A stretch of 64,000 bases of DNA from Thecamonas trahens ATCC 50062 (taxonomy: Eukaryota; Protista; Apusomonadida): positions 1-64,000 of the forward strand of contig NW_013657663.1 of the NCBI RefSeq assembly GCF_000142905.1, in the 5' to 3' direction. The position numbers and the translations under genes were made by a program. The notes under the pieces were generated by a model. The model ran no database searches and was not told the DNA's origin. It was given only the letters and a program-made list of their open reading frames with translations. This document shows, piece by piece, positions 1-9,960 of this stretch (position 1 is its first letter; every line of letters begins with the position of its first letter).

Positions 1-370
1 CACCGAGCCAGACGACGAGGCCACTTTGTGCAGTCCCTGTGGGCTTACTCATACGTGTGCTGTGTAAGCCATGTATGATCTTTGGTTGTTGTTTCGGCTG
101 TCATTGCGTCGTTTGTTCCAATCCCAAGCTCTCGTCTCCATCGACGTCCATCTCAATCCAATCCGCCGCCTTCTCTCTGCCGCCCAAGCCCCTGCACTCT
201 CATCAACCACACCCCACACACACCCATCAGCCGTATCATACTCACCTTCATCAATGCTCAAGCCCAATCGCCATACCTACTACCATTTCGCCCGTCACGA
301 CCCCACGTCACGACCCTCCTCATCCCCCCCTATCATACTCATTACCACCCGTCACCACAAACCACCACCC
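1..370. repeat. Degenerate direct repeat, copy A (partner at ~1438-1815)
   Basis: Shared blocks in the same order as copy B: cagacgacgaggcc; tccaatcccaagc-ctcgtctccatc-acgtccatctcaatccaatccg; caatcgccatacc; catactcattac. Confidence 0.8.
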
Positions 371-1437
371 GCACCCCCTACTCCACCACCATCACTATCA
401 TCCTAGCCACAACCACCACCACCTTGCCTTGGCCCGACCACCATCCCATCGCGCACTCGGCTTCCTCTTCCTCCTCATCGTCCTCCTCTCCCCGCTCTAC
501 CTCACCCCCATCCGCATCCCCGACTGTGACACCGCCATCCCTCAACCATCACCAGTCATGCTACCCATCGTCCAACCAACAGCAATCTCGAGCCACCCAG
601 TCCCGACCCAGCCCCCTCAGCTGCCCCCGCCTCACCGACCACCAGCCGCCAGCCGCCGCCCGCTCGCCCGATCAGCCCACCTTCACCACCACCTAGCTTC
701 TTTCCACTACCAGCTACGCAACCCGCGACCACACCCAAGGTCGTCACTCGCCCACACTATCACCAGTATCAATATCGCTGTCATCGATACCCATCTTCCT
801 CGGCTCATTTCCGCGTCGACTTGTTCTGCCTAGGTGGTTGAGCACGCCCTCGACCGCCCGACTCCGCACACGCCCCCCACCAACCTCATTGCAAGATATG
901 GGCAATCTGATTTCACTACTACCCGACTCCATACCCACTCTCTCCCCTTGCACAATCTCCAATCCACAGCTGCAGTATTCCGGAATCCGAGTTCTGCCAC
1001 CCGAGGCCCAACTTGTTGGCCTGGTGTCGTTTCGATGCTGCTCACCCCCCTCCCCGGGCCCATCTCCAACCCCCACCCCCCACCATCTTCACGCACAACC
1101 ACCACACCCACACCACACATACTCACTACCCCTGCAATCATAACCATCCACTTCACCTGCGCCGATCCTCACATCAGCCGACGCCAACCCGTCAACAGCA
1201 TCGCTGCCGACCGCCTGCTGCTCACCGCCGACCGCCGCCCGCCGCCGACCGACCACCACCGGCACCACCGAGAGCAAGCTAGCTATCGACAGAGCATCGG
1301 AGACCATGCATACGGATAGCCACGTTATTGGCAAACACTACCAGTTTGCCCTCCAACCCACTTCTCCCCTCCCTTCACCGGCCTTGCCCATCACCCTCCC
1401 CGCCGGCCTGCTCATCGCCAGCCGCCCCTGCTGCCGA

Positions 1438-1815
1438 TCACCGAAGCAGACGACGAGGCCTGTGGGCTGGCCAAGCCGAGGATGAACAAGAGAGGGCAAG
1501 GGCAATTGATAGGCAGTACAATGATGGGCTAGAGCGCAGTGGTCTGCCTTCTCGTCCAATCCCAAGCCCTCGTCTCCATCAACGTCCATCTCAATCCAAT
1601 CCGTCCGCCCTCCTCTCCCCCGCCGCCCAAGTACCCGCCTCCCCCCTCTCCCACACCCCACTCATACCCACCAGCCTCATCGCGCCCATCCACGTCCACC
1701 TGCAAGCTCAATCGCCATACCCACCGCCCCATCCGCTTGCTACGCCACCCACGCCACGACCACCCTCATCCCCTCCTACCATACTCATTACACCCCATCA
1801 CCGCCAACCACGACC
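1438..1815. repeat. Degenerate direct repeat, copy B
   Basis: Colinear similarity to 1-370 at an offset of ~1440 bp. Confidence 0.8.
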
Positions 1816-2050
1816 ATCTATTTCTTGTTGCTCAACTACACACCCCCTTGCATGCATCCACCCACCCCTCCCCTCCTTCACTAGTGCTACCTATCCAACA
1901 GACGAGTCCTCATCAATGAATTATATCCTTACATTCTTCCCCGGCTCTTCCCCCGGCACTCGCCCGTTACCCAAAAATTCCTGCAAACACCGCCTGTCGC
2001 CCTCGCCGCCACACTCATAGCACGCACCGCATACTCCTCTCACACCACCC

Positions 2051-5000
2051 ATGGACCCTGCACTATGGGGGACAGACGACCCTCCACACCTCGCACCCAT
2101 CCTAGTGCAGCAGGGTACTGCCAAGCGCCGCGCAAGGCAGCCGCCCGAGCCGGGGCGAGCCGCCAAGCGCCCCCGCCCGCTCCTCACCGCCAACGCCAGC
2201 AGGGCCAGCTCGGCCACTTCTTCCTCTGTCGTCCTGCAAGACACGGAGATGAAAGTGCTGTCCTCGTCACCAGCCGATGCCCGCACCTACACCAATGACA
2301 ATTACGACTGCGACATCTTCATCTGTCACGGATCGCTCGATAAGAGTTTAGCCAGGAATGTCCGCAAGAACATCCTCGCCCGCTATCCAACTCTCCGTGT
2401 TTTCGTCGACGACGAGTCGCTTGACGGTATCCGCCACCCTCATCCGGACGACTGTGCCGCCATCGACGTTCGCTCACGGCTTGTTCTCATCCTCGACACC
2501 AACTTTGTCGTCACGCGCTACGTCATCGCCGAAGTCGATGCAGCGCTTGTTGGCGCTGCCAACGGCGGCAATCCCGTCTTCCCAGTCTTTATTGATAGCG
2601 ACATCTCGCTTGCTGAGCTTGGCCGGCTGCACAGTGTTGCAGCCCGGCCCGCCGACGATGCTAATTTCGCTGCAGCCAAGGCCTGCGCCCAGTACGTGGA
2701 CAACGGCGGTGCCCAGGCCGAAGTCGTTTTCCTCACTGCCCACAACGTTGACACCCACACCCACATGCTTTCGCTCGTGGCTTTGTTGGACACCTTCTTC
2801 ACTTCCGGCGACAAGAAGCGCCAGTACGACACCTGGCACCAGCGTCTTCTCGCGCACAATTGGAATGACCATCACATTCGCACGGCCTACCGCCTCATGG
2901 ACTGGGGTCTCGCCACTTACGACGACCGTCGCATCTCCTCGGGTACCGCCGTCGTTGACATTGCTCAGCACTCCCTCGCCATCCTTGCCGGCACGATGCA
3001 GTTACCGTCCCGTATGCCGCCACCATCCAAACTGCCCGAATATTACCCGCTCCCTGACACTCGCGCTGCGGTCATTGACGCGCTTCTCGGTGCGAACAAC
3101 GTCTCAGTCGTCGGTGTCAGCGGGCTTGGTGGCGTTGGCAAGTCGTCGCTCGCTGCCGATGTTGCCGTCCACCCCGCCATCACCTCGGTCTTCTCCGTCT
3201 TCTGGCTCGCTCTCGGTGAGGACAAGACATCTCCCATCGCCATTGCCAGCCGCATGTCCTACTTCCTGAAGCAAGGCCTCGGTTGCGCAGTCGATCCACA
3301 AGCTGACCTCAATTACCTGCAAAGTATCCTTGCTGACAAGACCCAGACCCTCGCCGACGCCGGCACTCGCATCTTGCTCATCCTCGACGATGCGTGGACC
3401 ACCCGCCAGGCCACCGCCTTCACCAAGCCCATTGCAGCTCGACATGCGGTCCTCGTCACCTCGCGCAACGCCGCCATGGCGGCCATCTCCACCTCCTCTG
3501 TTCAGCTCGGTACCTTTGGCCGGGCCGACGCAGCTGTTGTCCTTCGCAACTACCTCGCCAAGGGCTCACCCGAGTGGGCAAACACCCTTGCTCTCAACGA
3601 TCACCGCATCGTCTCCCTCGCGACCTTCTGCCGTGGCCATGCCCTCGCCCTCGCTATCCTTGGCTCGTCCATATCTGGCGAGGCTGCACTTGACGCCGCT
3701 GTTGCCAACTTTGATTCGGCCTCCAAACGTGCTTTTCGCAAGCACCGCAAGTCAGAAGGCGGCACCGACGCCAAGCACGCCCACATCTTTGACATCATCA
3801 CTTGGACTCTCGGCGATGCCATCCCCAAGTGTGTCCGCAAGGTGGCACTCGCCATTTACGCCATGCTCGGCGTCTTTCCATCAGACACGCCCGTCGACGT
3901 CGCCAACTTCCGCGCCACGGTCCCAGCGGACGATATTGGCTTTGCTGCGGCCCTCGACGCCCTTGCCGATGCCTCTCTCCTGCGCGTCGTTGCCAAAGAT
4001 GGCGGCGCCATCACCGTGATCGAGATGCACGATCTGCACCTCAAGTACATTCGCCATCGGCTTGAGGTGTGTTTTGACGACATCCCTTCCCTTCCTGCCC
4101 GTCACCTCGCCGTTGTCGCCGGGGTGCCTCCGCCTGGCGCCACGCCAGAGTCCGCAAAGGTGGCAATAACCTCTGGTACTGCCTCCAATTGGATCGTTAC
4201 CCGCGGTATTTCACACATGATTGCAGCCGGAGCGAACCATGCCGCCGTTGCCGTTGCTCTCTCCTGGGCATGGATGAAAGCCCGCGCAGACGAGTCGCTT
4301 GGTGGCCTCCTCAACGACCTGCGTTGTGTTGTTCGCCTCGGCTGCAAAGGAGCCCAGCACGTTGGCGAGGTCGAGCGGGCCCTATCTCTCTCACGTGAGA
4401 TCATCCAGAGAGGTAAGTCGTACATCGAGACCGAGCTCGTTGCCCGACTCGACTATCCCCAGCCATCCGATACAATCACGCAGCTGGTGGCTGCTGTACG
4501 CGCGGATGCATCACACGGGGCTTTTCTCCCAGCGGCAGCTATTGACCCTGTCACGCATCGTGATGCTCGACGCTTGTACTGTCATGGCGAGTATGACGAC
4601 AACTCTGTCATCGGTGACTCGCTGGTTGCCGGTATTTGTCGAAAGAATGTGGAGGTTTCAGACATGCTACCCAGGGCGCGCGTAGAGTGCCTGAAAGGCC
4701 ACACCAGCATGATATCCGGCGTGATCGCGCTGCCCAGTACAGATGGCGAACTGCCTGTCCTGGTTTCGTGGTCTTGCCACGAGACAATCCGAGCCTGGCA
4801 TCCTGCAGACGCCAGAACGGGCACTGTGCCGTACACCGCGGACACTGTCTTTTGTGAGGTGCTGGAAGGCCACACCAGCATGATATCCGGCGTGATCGCG
4901 CTGCCCAGTACAAATGGCGAACTGCCTGTCCTGGTCTCGTGGTCTAGCGACGAGACGATCCGAGTGTGGCATCCTGCGGAAGAAGGCACGGGCTCGATGA

Positions 5001-5836
5001 GGTACACCGCAGACACTGCCTCCTGCGAGGTACTGAAGGGCCATATCAGCTCAGTGACAGGCGTGGTGGCCCTACCAAGTGCTAGCGGCCAGCTGCCGGT
5101 CTTGGTCTCTCGGGTGGGTGGGTATCAAAACAAGGAGAACGCGATCCGGGTTTGGCATCCTGCGGACGACGGGACAGGCGCCATGCGGTACACCGCGGAA
5201 AACGCCTCCTGCGAGGTGCTGGACGGCCACACTAGCTGGGTCTCTCGCGTAATTGCACTGCCGAGTGCAGATCGCCAGCTTCCTGTCCTCGTCTCGCGGT
5301 CGAGAGACAAGACAATCCGGGTGTGGCATCCCGCGGACGACGGGACAGGCGCCATGCGGTACACCACGGACAACGCCTTCTGCGAGGTGCTGAAAGGCCA
5401 CACCAACTGGGTGCTCGACGTTATTGCGCTGTCAAATGCGGATGGTCAACTGCCTGTCCTGCTTTCTTCAGCATACAAGGAAGTGCTCGAGTGGCACCCC
5501 TCACCCACCGGCTACACTCTCCGCGCCCACTACCCCCTCTCCATCTCCGCCCACCCCCGCACACATCCCACCCGCATCACTATCGCCAACCACACTGGCC
5601 TTGCCACTTGCCACCCCTCCTATCCCAATCGCATCTTCGTCGCTTTCCCCATCCGCCCTCCCATCATCCTCCGCCGCCATCCACAACATCGTGTCCACTC
5701 CCTCATCCTCGCCACCGCCAGCACATCAGTAGCTCCCAGCGCCATGGCCCTTCCCCGCGGATCGCACGACCAACACCGCCGGATGTCATCCGAGCCGGCC
5801 ACTATCCCGCATGCCACGTTGCCAGTGAAAGCCTAG
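2051..5836 (+). CDS. NLR-like STAND NTPase: TIR(TIR_2) - NB-ARC - APAF-1-type helical domain - WD40 repeats
   Basis: TIR: DIFICH..D.....RVFVDDESL...LVLILDTNF..TRYVIAEV...VFPVF. Walker A GLGGVGKS, Walker B ILLILDDAW, RNBS-B VLVTSRN, GLPL-like GHALAL, MHDL. APAF-1-like WAWMKAR...LLNDL and ALSLS...ELVARL. GH...IRVW WD repeats. Confidence 0.9.
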   Translation: MDPALWGTDDPPHLAPILVQQGTAKRRARQPPEPGRAAKRPRPLLTANASRASSATSSSVVLQDTEMKVLSSSPADARTYTNDNYDCDIFICHGSLDKSLARNVRKNILARYPTLRVFVDDESLDGIRHPHPDDCAAIDVRSRLVLILDTNFVVTRYVIAEVDAALVGAANGGNPVFPVFIDSDISLAELGRLHSVAARPADDANFAAAKACAQYVDNGGAQAEVVFLTAHNVDTHTHMLSLVALLDTFFTSGDKKRQYDTWHQRLLAHNWNDHHIRTAYRLMDWGLATYDDRRISSGTAVVDIAQHSLAILAGTMQLPSRMPPPSKLPEYYPLPDTRAAVIDALLGANNVSVVGVSGLGGVGKSSLAADVAVHPAITSVFSVFWLALGEDKTSPIAIASRMSYFLKQGLGCAVDPQADLNYLQSILADKTQTLADAGTRILLILDDAWTTRQATAFTKPIAARHAVLVTSRNAAMAAISTSSVQLGTFGRADAAVVLRNYLAKGSPEWANTLALNDHRIVSLATFCRGHALALAILGSSISGEAALDAAVANFDSASKRAFRKHRKSEGGTDAKHAHIFDIITWTLGDAIPKCVRKVALAIYAMLGVFPSDTPVDVANFRATVPADDIGFAAALDALADASLLRVVAKDGGAITVIEMHDLHLKYIRHRLEVCFDDIPSLPARHLAVVAGVPPPGATPESAKVAITSGTASNWIVTRGISHMIAAGANHAAVAVALSWAWMKARADESLGGLLNDLRCVVRLGCKGAQHVGEVERALSLSREIIQRGKSYIETELVARLDYPQPSDTITQLVAAVRADASHGAFLPAAAIDPVTHRDARRLYCHGEYDDNSVIGDSLVAGICRKNVEVSDMLPRARVECLKGHTSMISGVIALPSTDGELPVLVSWSCHETIRAWHPADARTGTVPYTADTVFCEVLEGHTSMISGVIALPSTNGELPVLVSWSSDETIRVWHPAEEGTGSMRYTADTASCEVLKGHISSVTGVVALPSASGQLPVLVSRVGGYQNKENAIRVWHPADDGTGAMRYTAENASCEVLDGHTSWVSRVIALPSADRQLPVLVSRSRDKTIRVWHPADDGTGAMRYTTDNAFCEVLKGHTNWVLDVIALSNADGQLPVLLSSAYKEVLEWHPSPTGYTLRAHYPLSISAHPRTHPTRITIANHTGLATCHPSYPNRIFVAFPIRPPIILRRHPQHRVHSLILATASTSVAPSAMALPRGSHDQHRRMSSEPATIPHATLPVKA
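4697..5495 (+). repeat. Coding tandem repeat: 171-bp (57 aa) WD40 units, 4 full plus 1 partial; unit 3 is 186 bp
   Basis: GGCCA(C/T) unit starts at 4697, 4868, 5039, 5225 and 5396, with long stretches of near-identical DNA. Confidence 0.95.
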
Positions 5837-6249
5837 CTGTCAGCCGTCAAACGCCAGTGCCTGCATCATCTCACAGAGAGCGTCCGCTCATCCCCCTAAA
5901 CGGTCTCCTCCACCCGCCACAACTAGTCAAGTGCCTCCTCGCCGCCGCCCGCCACCACCTCGTCCACCACAATCGTCCACCACTTCAACATCGTCTCCAA
6001 ATCAGGGTGCATCCCATTCCACCGCAATGGCTTTGCCCGTATCCGCTTCTCCACCTCCTCCACATCGCGCGGCACGCCGCTAGTGTGATCCTCGAGGTCG
6101 CCAAGACCCCCCCCCCCCCCCAGTTGCGCACCGATACGTGCTGCCGCAGTCGATGACCACGGCACGATCAGTCACGATCACGATCGCGGCCCCGATCACC
6201 AATGGCCGACCTGCACCACCGCCACCACCACCTCCACCACTTGTCTGCC

Positions 6250-8232
6250 ATGTCATCAAAGGAGGACGAGCTTGTCGACTTGCAGAAGCGGTTCTCGCTG
6301 CTGCGTACGTACTACCTCCCCCCCTCCCCCCTCCCCCCTTCTTCCGTCAAACGAATTCCTGGGGGGGGAGAACAAAACGGGGTGGGGGGGGTGATAAAAA
6401 NNNNNNNNNNNNNNNNNNNNNNNNNNNNNNNNNNNNNNNNNNNNNNNNNNNNNNNNNNNNNNNNNNNNNNNNNNNNNNNNNNNNNNNNNNNNNNNNNNNN
6501 CCCCCCCCTCCTCCCCTCCACCTCATCCCTGCGTCGTCCAACCAACCGCCTTGCGGCGGCTGACCAAATTTCAACCGTTGCTGCCTCCCCTGCCCCTCCC
6601 CTCCCCCTACACCCAAGCTTCCCCCCCCTCCCCGACCTCCCGTCCCTCAACTCATGCATGAACTGCCCATGTCTTCTTGTTTCTCGAATGGTGTGAACAG
6701 AGGGCGACCTGAAGGCCTATGTCGAGGCTGCTATGTGGACCCAGAGCCACAACTCGGAAACGATCAAGGCGCTGCGGGCCGAGAACAAGAAGCTCCGCGA
6801 CGACCTTGGCCGCGTGCGCAATCTTGAGGACAATTACTCGATGACTCAAAGCCTCAAGGAAGAGGTCAAGCGCGCTGACAAGGCCCAGGCTGCGCTCCGC
6901 AAGCGGCACGATCTCAAGCACGCAGAAGCCGACCGCATGGACTCACGCCTCGAGTCGCTCAAGGACCGACTGGAGGTCATGTCCCGCGAGGCGGCACGTG
7001 CGCTCAACCACGACTCGAGCGAGTCGCAGGCCATTCGCCGGCTGGAGAACCGGCTTGACAAGGCCATGATCAAGTACAACGAGGCCATGTCCATCCGCAA
7101 GACCTACGAGCAGATCAAGCAGCGACTCGAGGAGGAGCGCCTCGGCTTTGACAACCAGCTGGCTGCCATCGAGCGAACGCTCGAGACCAAGGAACAAGAT
7201 CTTGGTGAGCTGATTATGATGCAGCGCGACGCAGTCCACGCCCGCGACGTCGCCAAGTCCGAGCTCGAGCGGTTCGAGTCGATGATCGAGGCCGAGCGCG
7301 CCGCCAAGGAGCGTGAGAAGCAGGACAAGGTCGAGCTGGTCAATGCCAAGGAGGAGAAGATGGCTGCCCTGGAGCGCCGCCAGCGCCAGATTGAGCTCGA
7401 GGCTGCATCGTCCGACTCGGAGTCAGAGAACGCAGATCAGGCTGCGGCCGACGCACGCCTGCTCGAAGAGCAGGAGCGCAAGATTGCTACCTACGAAGAT
7501 GCCTTCCGTCAGATCAAGGAGGCGACCGGCGTCGCTGACGTCAACGAAGTCATCAAGAAGTTTCTCACACAGGAGGCGACCCACAAGTCGCTGGAGGCGT
7601 CCAAGAAGCAGGCCGAGGCCCGACTTGACGAGCTCCGCCACGAGAAAACCAAGCTCGCGTCGCTGTATGAGGAGCTGCGGTTTGCTGGGACCGGCGATCG
7701 CGGGACTGCCGAGTCGGTTGCTGAGTTTGAGGCCAACCTTGCCGAGTCAACTGCAAAGATGGAGCGGAACCGGACCAAGTTTAATCTCATTGCCGACGCG
7801 CTGCTCGAGGCAAAGTCGGGCGTCGGCCATCTCGCCGACATGCTCGCCGAGTACAAGTTCCCCACCATTGCCAAGACGCCACCTATGGCTGACGACACAG
7901 TCGTCGAGACTCTCGCCATTGCCGAGGCCAAGGTCCTCAAGCTCCTCGATGCGGTCGAGGATGGCGATATGGTCATGGATGCCGACGACGACATCCGCGC
8001 TCTCGAGACCAAGCTCGCCTCGCGCCAAGAGGCCCAGCTCCCGCCCGACAACCTGCGCGTTGCCATTGCCCTCGACGACGAGTCTGACCTCTCCGAGGCC
8101 TCTGACGACGCCGACGCCCGGGATGATGTCATGGACGACGAGTTTGTCCCGACTCGTGAGTCAATGCGCCGTATGGCCGACCGCCATTTTATGGAGGCCC
8201 AGCGCCGTCAGCGCCGCCAGCGCCGCCGCTGA
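6250..8232 (+). CDS. CCDC151: Outer dynein arm docking complex subunit, CCDC151/ODAD3-like coiled-coil (exon 1 6250-6304, exon 2 6701-8232)
   Basis: Spliced N-terminus LQKRFSLLQGDLKAYVEAAMW...NSETIKALRAENK and the IRRLENRLDKAMIKYNEAMSIRKTY motif. A GTACGT...AACAG intron restores the frame (the intron spans an N gap). Confidence 0.8.
6401..6500. other. Assembly gap (100 N)
   Basis: N run flanked by poly-G/poly-C. Confidence 1.
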
Positions 8233-8256
8233 CTGTCACCTTAAACCATACCATCT

Positions 8257-9531
8257 CTACTCGCTCGGTCCAAAGATAGCCACAAGCGCCTCGTTGAGCG
8301 CCGCCATGTGGATCTTCTCCAGCTTGTTTGCTTGGTCAGCAGGCGGCTCCGGGTAGGGACGCGGCGTCGGCGCCTCGACCGTCCACGACCGCTTCTCAAA
8401 CTCAAACTTGGAGCCGTCGGGAAGTGGGAAACGGTAGCCGTACGTGTAGTGGATGACCATCGAGTCGTCGCCGGGCTCGGCGTCGATGGCAGTCTCGGGG
8501 CCAAAGGTCGGCGACGCCACAGAGGTCAGGTGCAGGTCTGCGGCGGCGCAGGCAAAGGCCCACATGTCAGCAATCCACGACCGCTCGTGCGAGGCGAGCC
8601 ACGGCTGCGGCAGCCGCATCTTGACCGTCTTCTCGATCCACAGCGGAAGGAGCGCAATGAGGTCGTCGACGTGGAGCACGTACGGCACCCCGATCGGTGC
8701 CACATCGTCCGGCCGGAACGAGCAGTACTCGATGAGCTGGCTGTTGTTGATGCCGCCATACCCGCGCTCCATGTAAAAGTACGAGTGCCCGTACACCGTG
8801 CCGCGCGGCGCCACAACGTCAAACGGCTTGAGCGGGATCATGTCCGGCTCTACAATGACCACGTTGGTGTACTCAGCGTCGATCCCGCGCGCCCGCCGAG
8901 CCACAAAATCATCCATGTACTCGCGAATAGCGTGCGCTCGGTTGTACACCACAAAAGCGTCGCCGTTCGCCGCCTTGGTGTAGTCGCCCGTCGGGAAGAG
9001 TGGGCAGTTGTTATGCTTCTTCGCGCACTTGCCCGCCACGTCTACCGGCTGCGGCGACGAGATAAGCGTCACCAGCTTTTGATCCGGCGTCAGGAGCTTC
9101 TTCATGTGGTAGTGGAAGACTCGAGACTGCCAGTCTTGGTACACATTGTCCGAGATGACGAGGAGAATGAGCGTTTTGCCTCCTGTCGCCGTGCCTGCGT
9201 TGCCGGGCATACCGGCAGCTCCCGCCGGGCCACCTCCCGGTGCGCCGAGCGGCCGTGCCGTTGTCCCACCCTTGGGCATAGCGGCCACCACCCCGCCGGG
9301 TGGGCCCCCCGGCTTGGTGTCCCACCCCCTGCCCGGAGGTAGCGGCGCCTTGTGGCTCCCCTGCCCGGCTGCCGGCGTCTCCGCCTCGAGCCCACACGCA
9401 CCCGACCATAGTCCGCACCCGTAGCCGACGGCAGCCGCCAGTGCAAGAACCACAACAACCTTGAGCCACCGCGGCACTCCCGACCCGTTTCTCCTCCTCC
9501 GCTTGCCACTCGGATCGTCGTCGTGGATCAT
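8257..9531 (-). CDS. Type II membrane glycosyltransferase, hydroxyproline O-arabinosyltransferase (HPAT/GT95) or Ser-galactosyltransferase (GT96)-like
   Basis: N-terminal KRRRR plus TM anchor; YQDWQSRVFHYH, YNRAHAI, EPDM, WIADMWAFACAAA, IHYTYG, FEKRSW match the HPAT motif order. First ATG at 9531. Confidence 0.75.
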   Translation of the reverse strand: MIHDDDPSGKRRRRNGSGVPRWLKVVVVLALAAAVGYGCGLWSGACGLEAETPAAGQGSHKAPLPPGRGWDTKPGGPPGGVVAAMPKGGTTARPLGAPGGGPAGAAGMPGNAGTATGGKTLILLVISDNVYQDWQSRVFHYHMKKLLTPDQKLVTLISSPQPVDVAGKCAKKHNNCPLFPTGDYTKAANGDAFVVYNRAHAIREYMDDFVARRARGIDAEYTNVVIVEPDMIPLKPFDVVAPRGTVYGHSYFYMERGYGGINNSQLIEYCSFRPDDVAPIGVPYVLHVDDLIALLPLWIEKTVKMRLPQPWLASHERSWIADMWAFACAAADLHLTSVASPTFGPETAIDAEPGDDSMVIHYTYGYRFPLPDGSKFEFEKRSWTVEAPTPRPYPEPPADQANKLEKIHMAALNEALVAIFGPSE

Positions 9532-9631
9532 GCCGGCCCTCGCACTCACACCAGCTGGCGGCCGTCGCGTCGAGTGCTCACCCGTTCCCCGTAGCTGCTG
9601 CCGCCTCTCCTAGATGCAGGCAAACGTGAGA

Positions 9632-9959
9632 GCGGGAAATATCCAAATGATGTCTCCGTGACGATGACGACTTTGCTGCTTGGCACCACAGCCGCCACGA
9701 CGTCGTCGGGACGGCAGCAAGCGTGGCGACGACAACTTGACGCTACTGACCACTTTCAGGTCGAGAGGAGGGGAGGCCAGGGACCACAGAGGCGGCATAG
9801 ACACGTTTTGTTGCGTGGCTACGTCCGTACTCGTTCAAGCCGTCGGTGCCCACACGGCGTGTGAGTGTGACGAGCCCTGCTACACCGTCAGTCCAAAAGT
9901 GCGCGAACAAATCTATTGGTCCTTCCCGCCAAATCCGACTCCCGCCTCCGCTTTCCCGC
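9632..9959. promoter_or_regulatory. Cluster of E2F-type sites plus an inverted CCAAT in the divergent HPAT/cyclin promoter
   Basis: GCGGGAAA 9632-9639, ATTGG 9915-9919, TTCCCGCCAAA 9923-9933, TTTCCCGC 9952-9959. Confidence 0.55.
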
Positions 9960-9960
9960 A

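Noticed and set aside
39-2020. Pro/His-rich ORFs in the first 2 kb
   Set aside because: Produced by C-rich low-complexity DNA lacking stops; no domain signal
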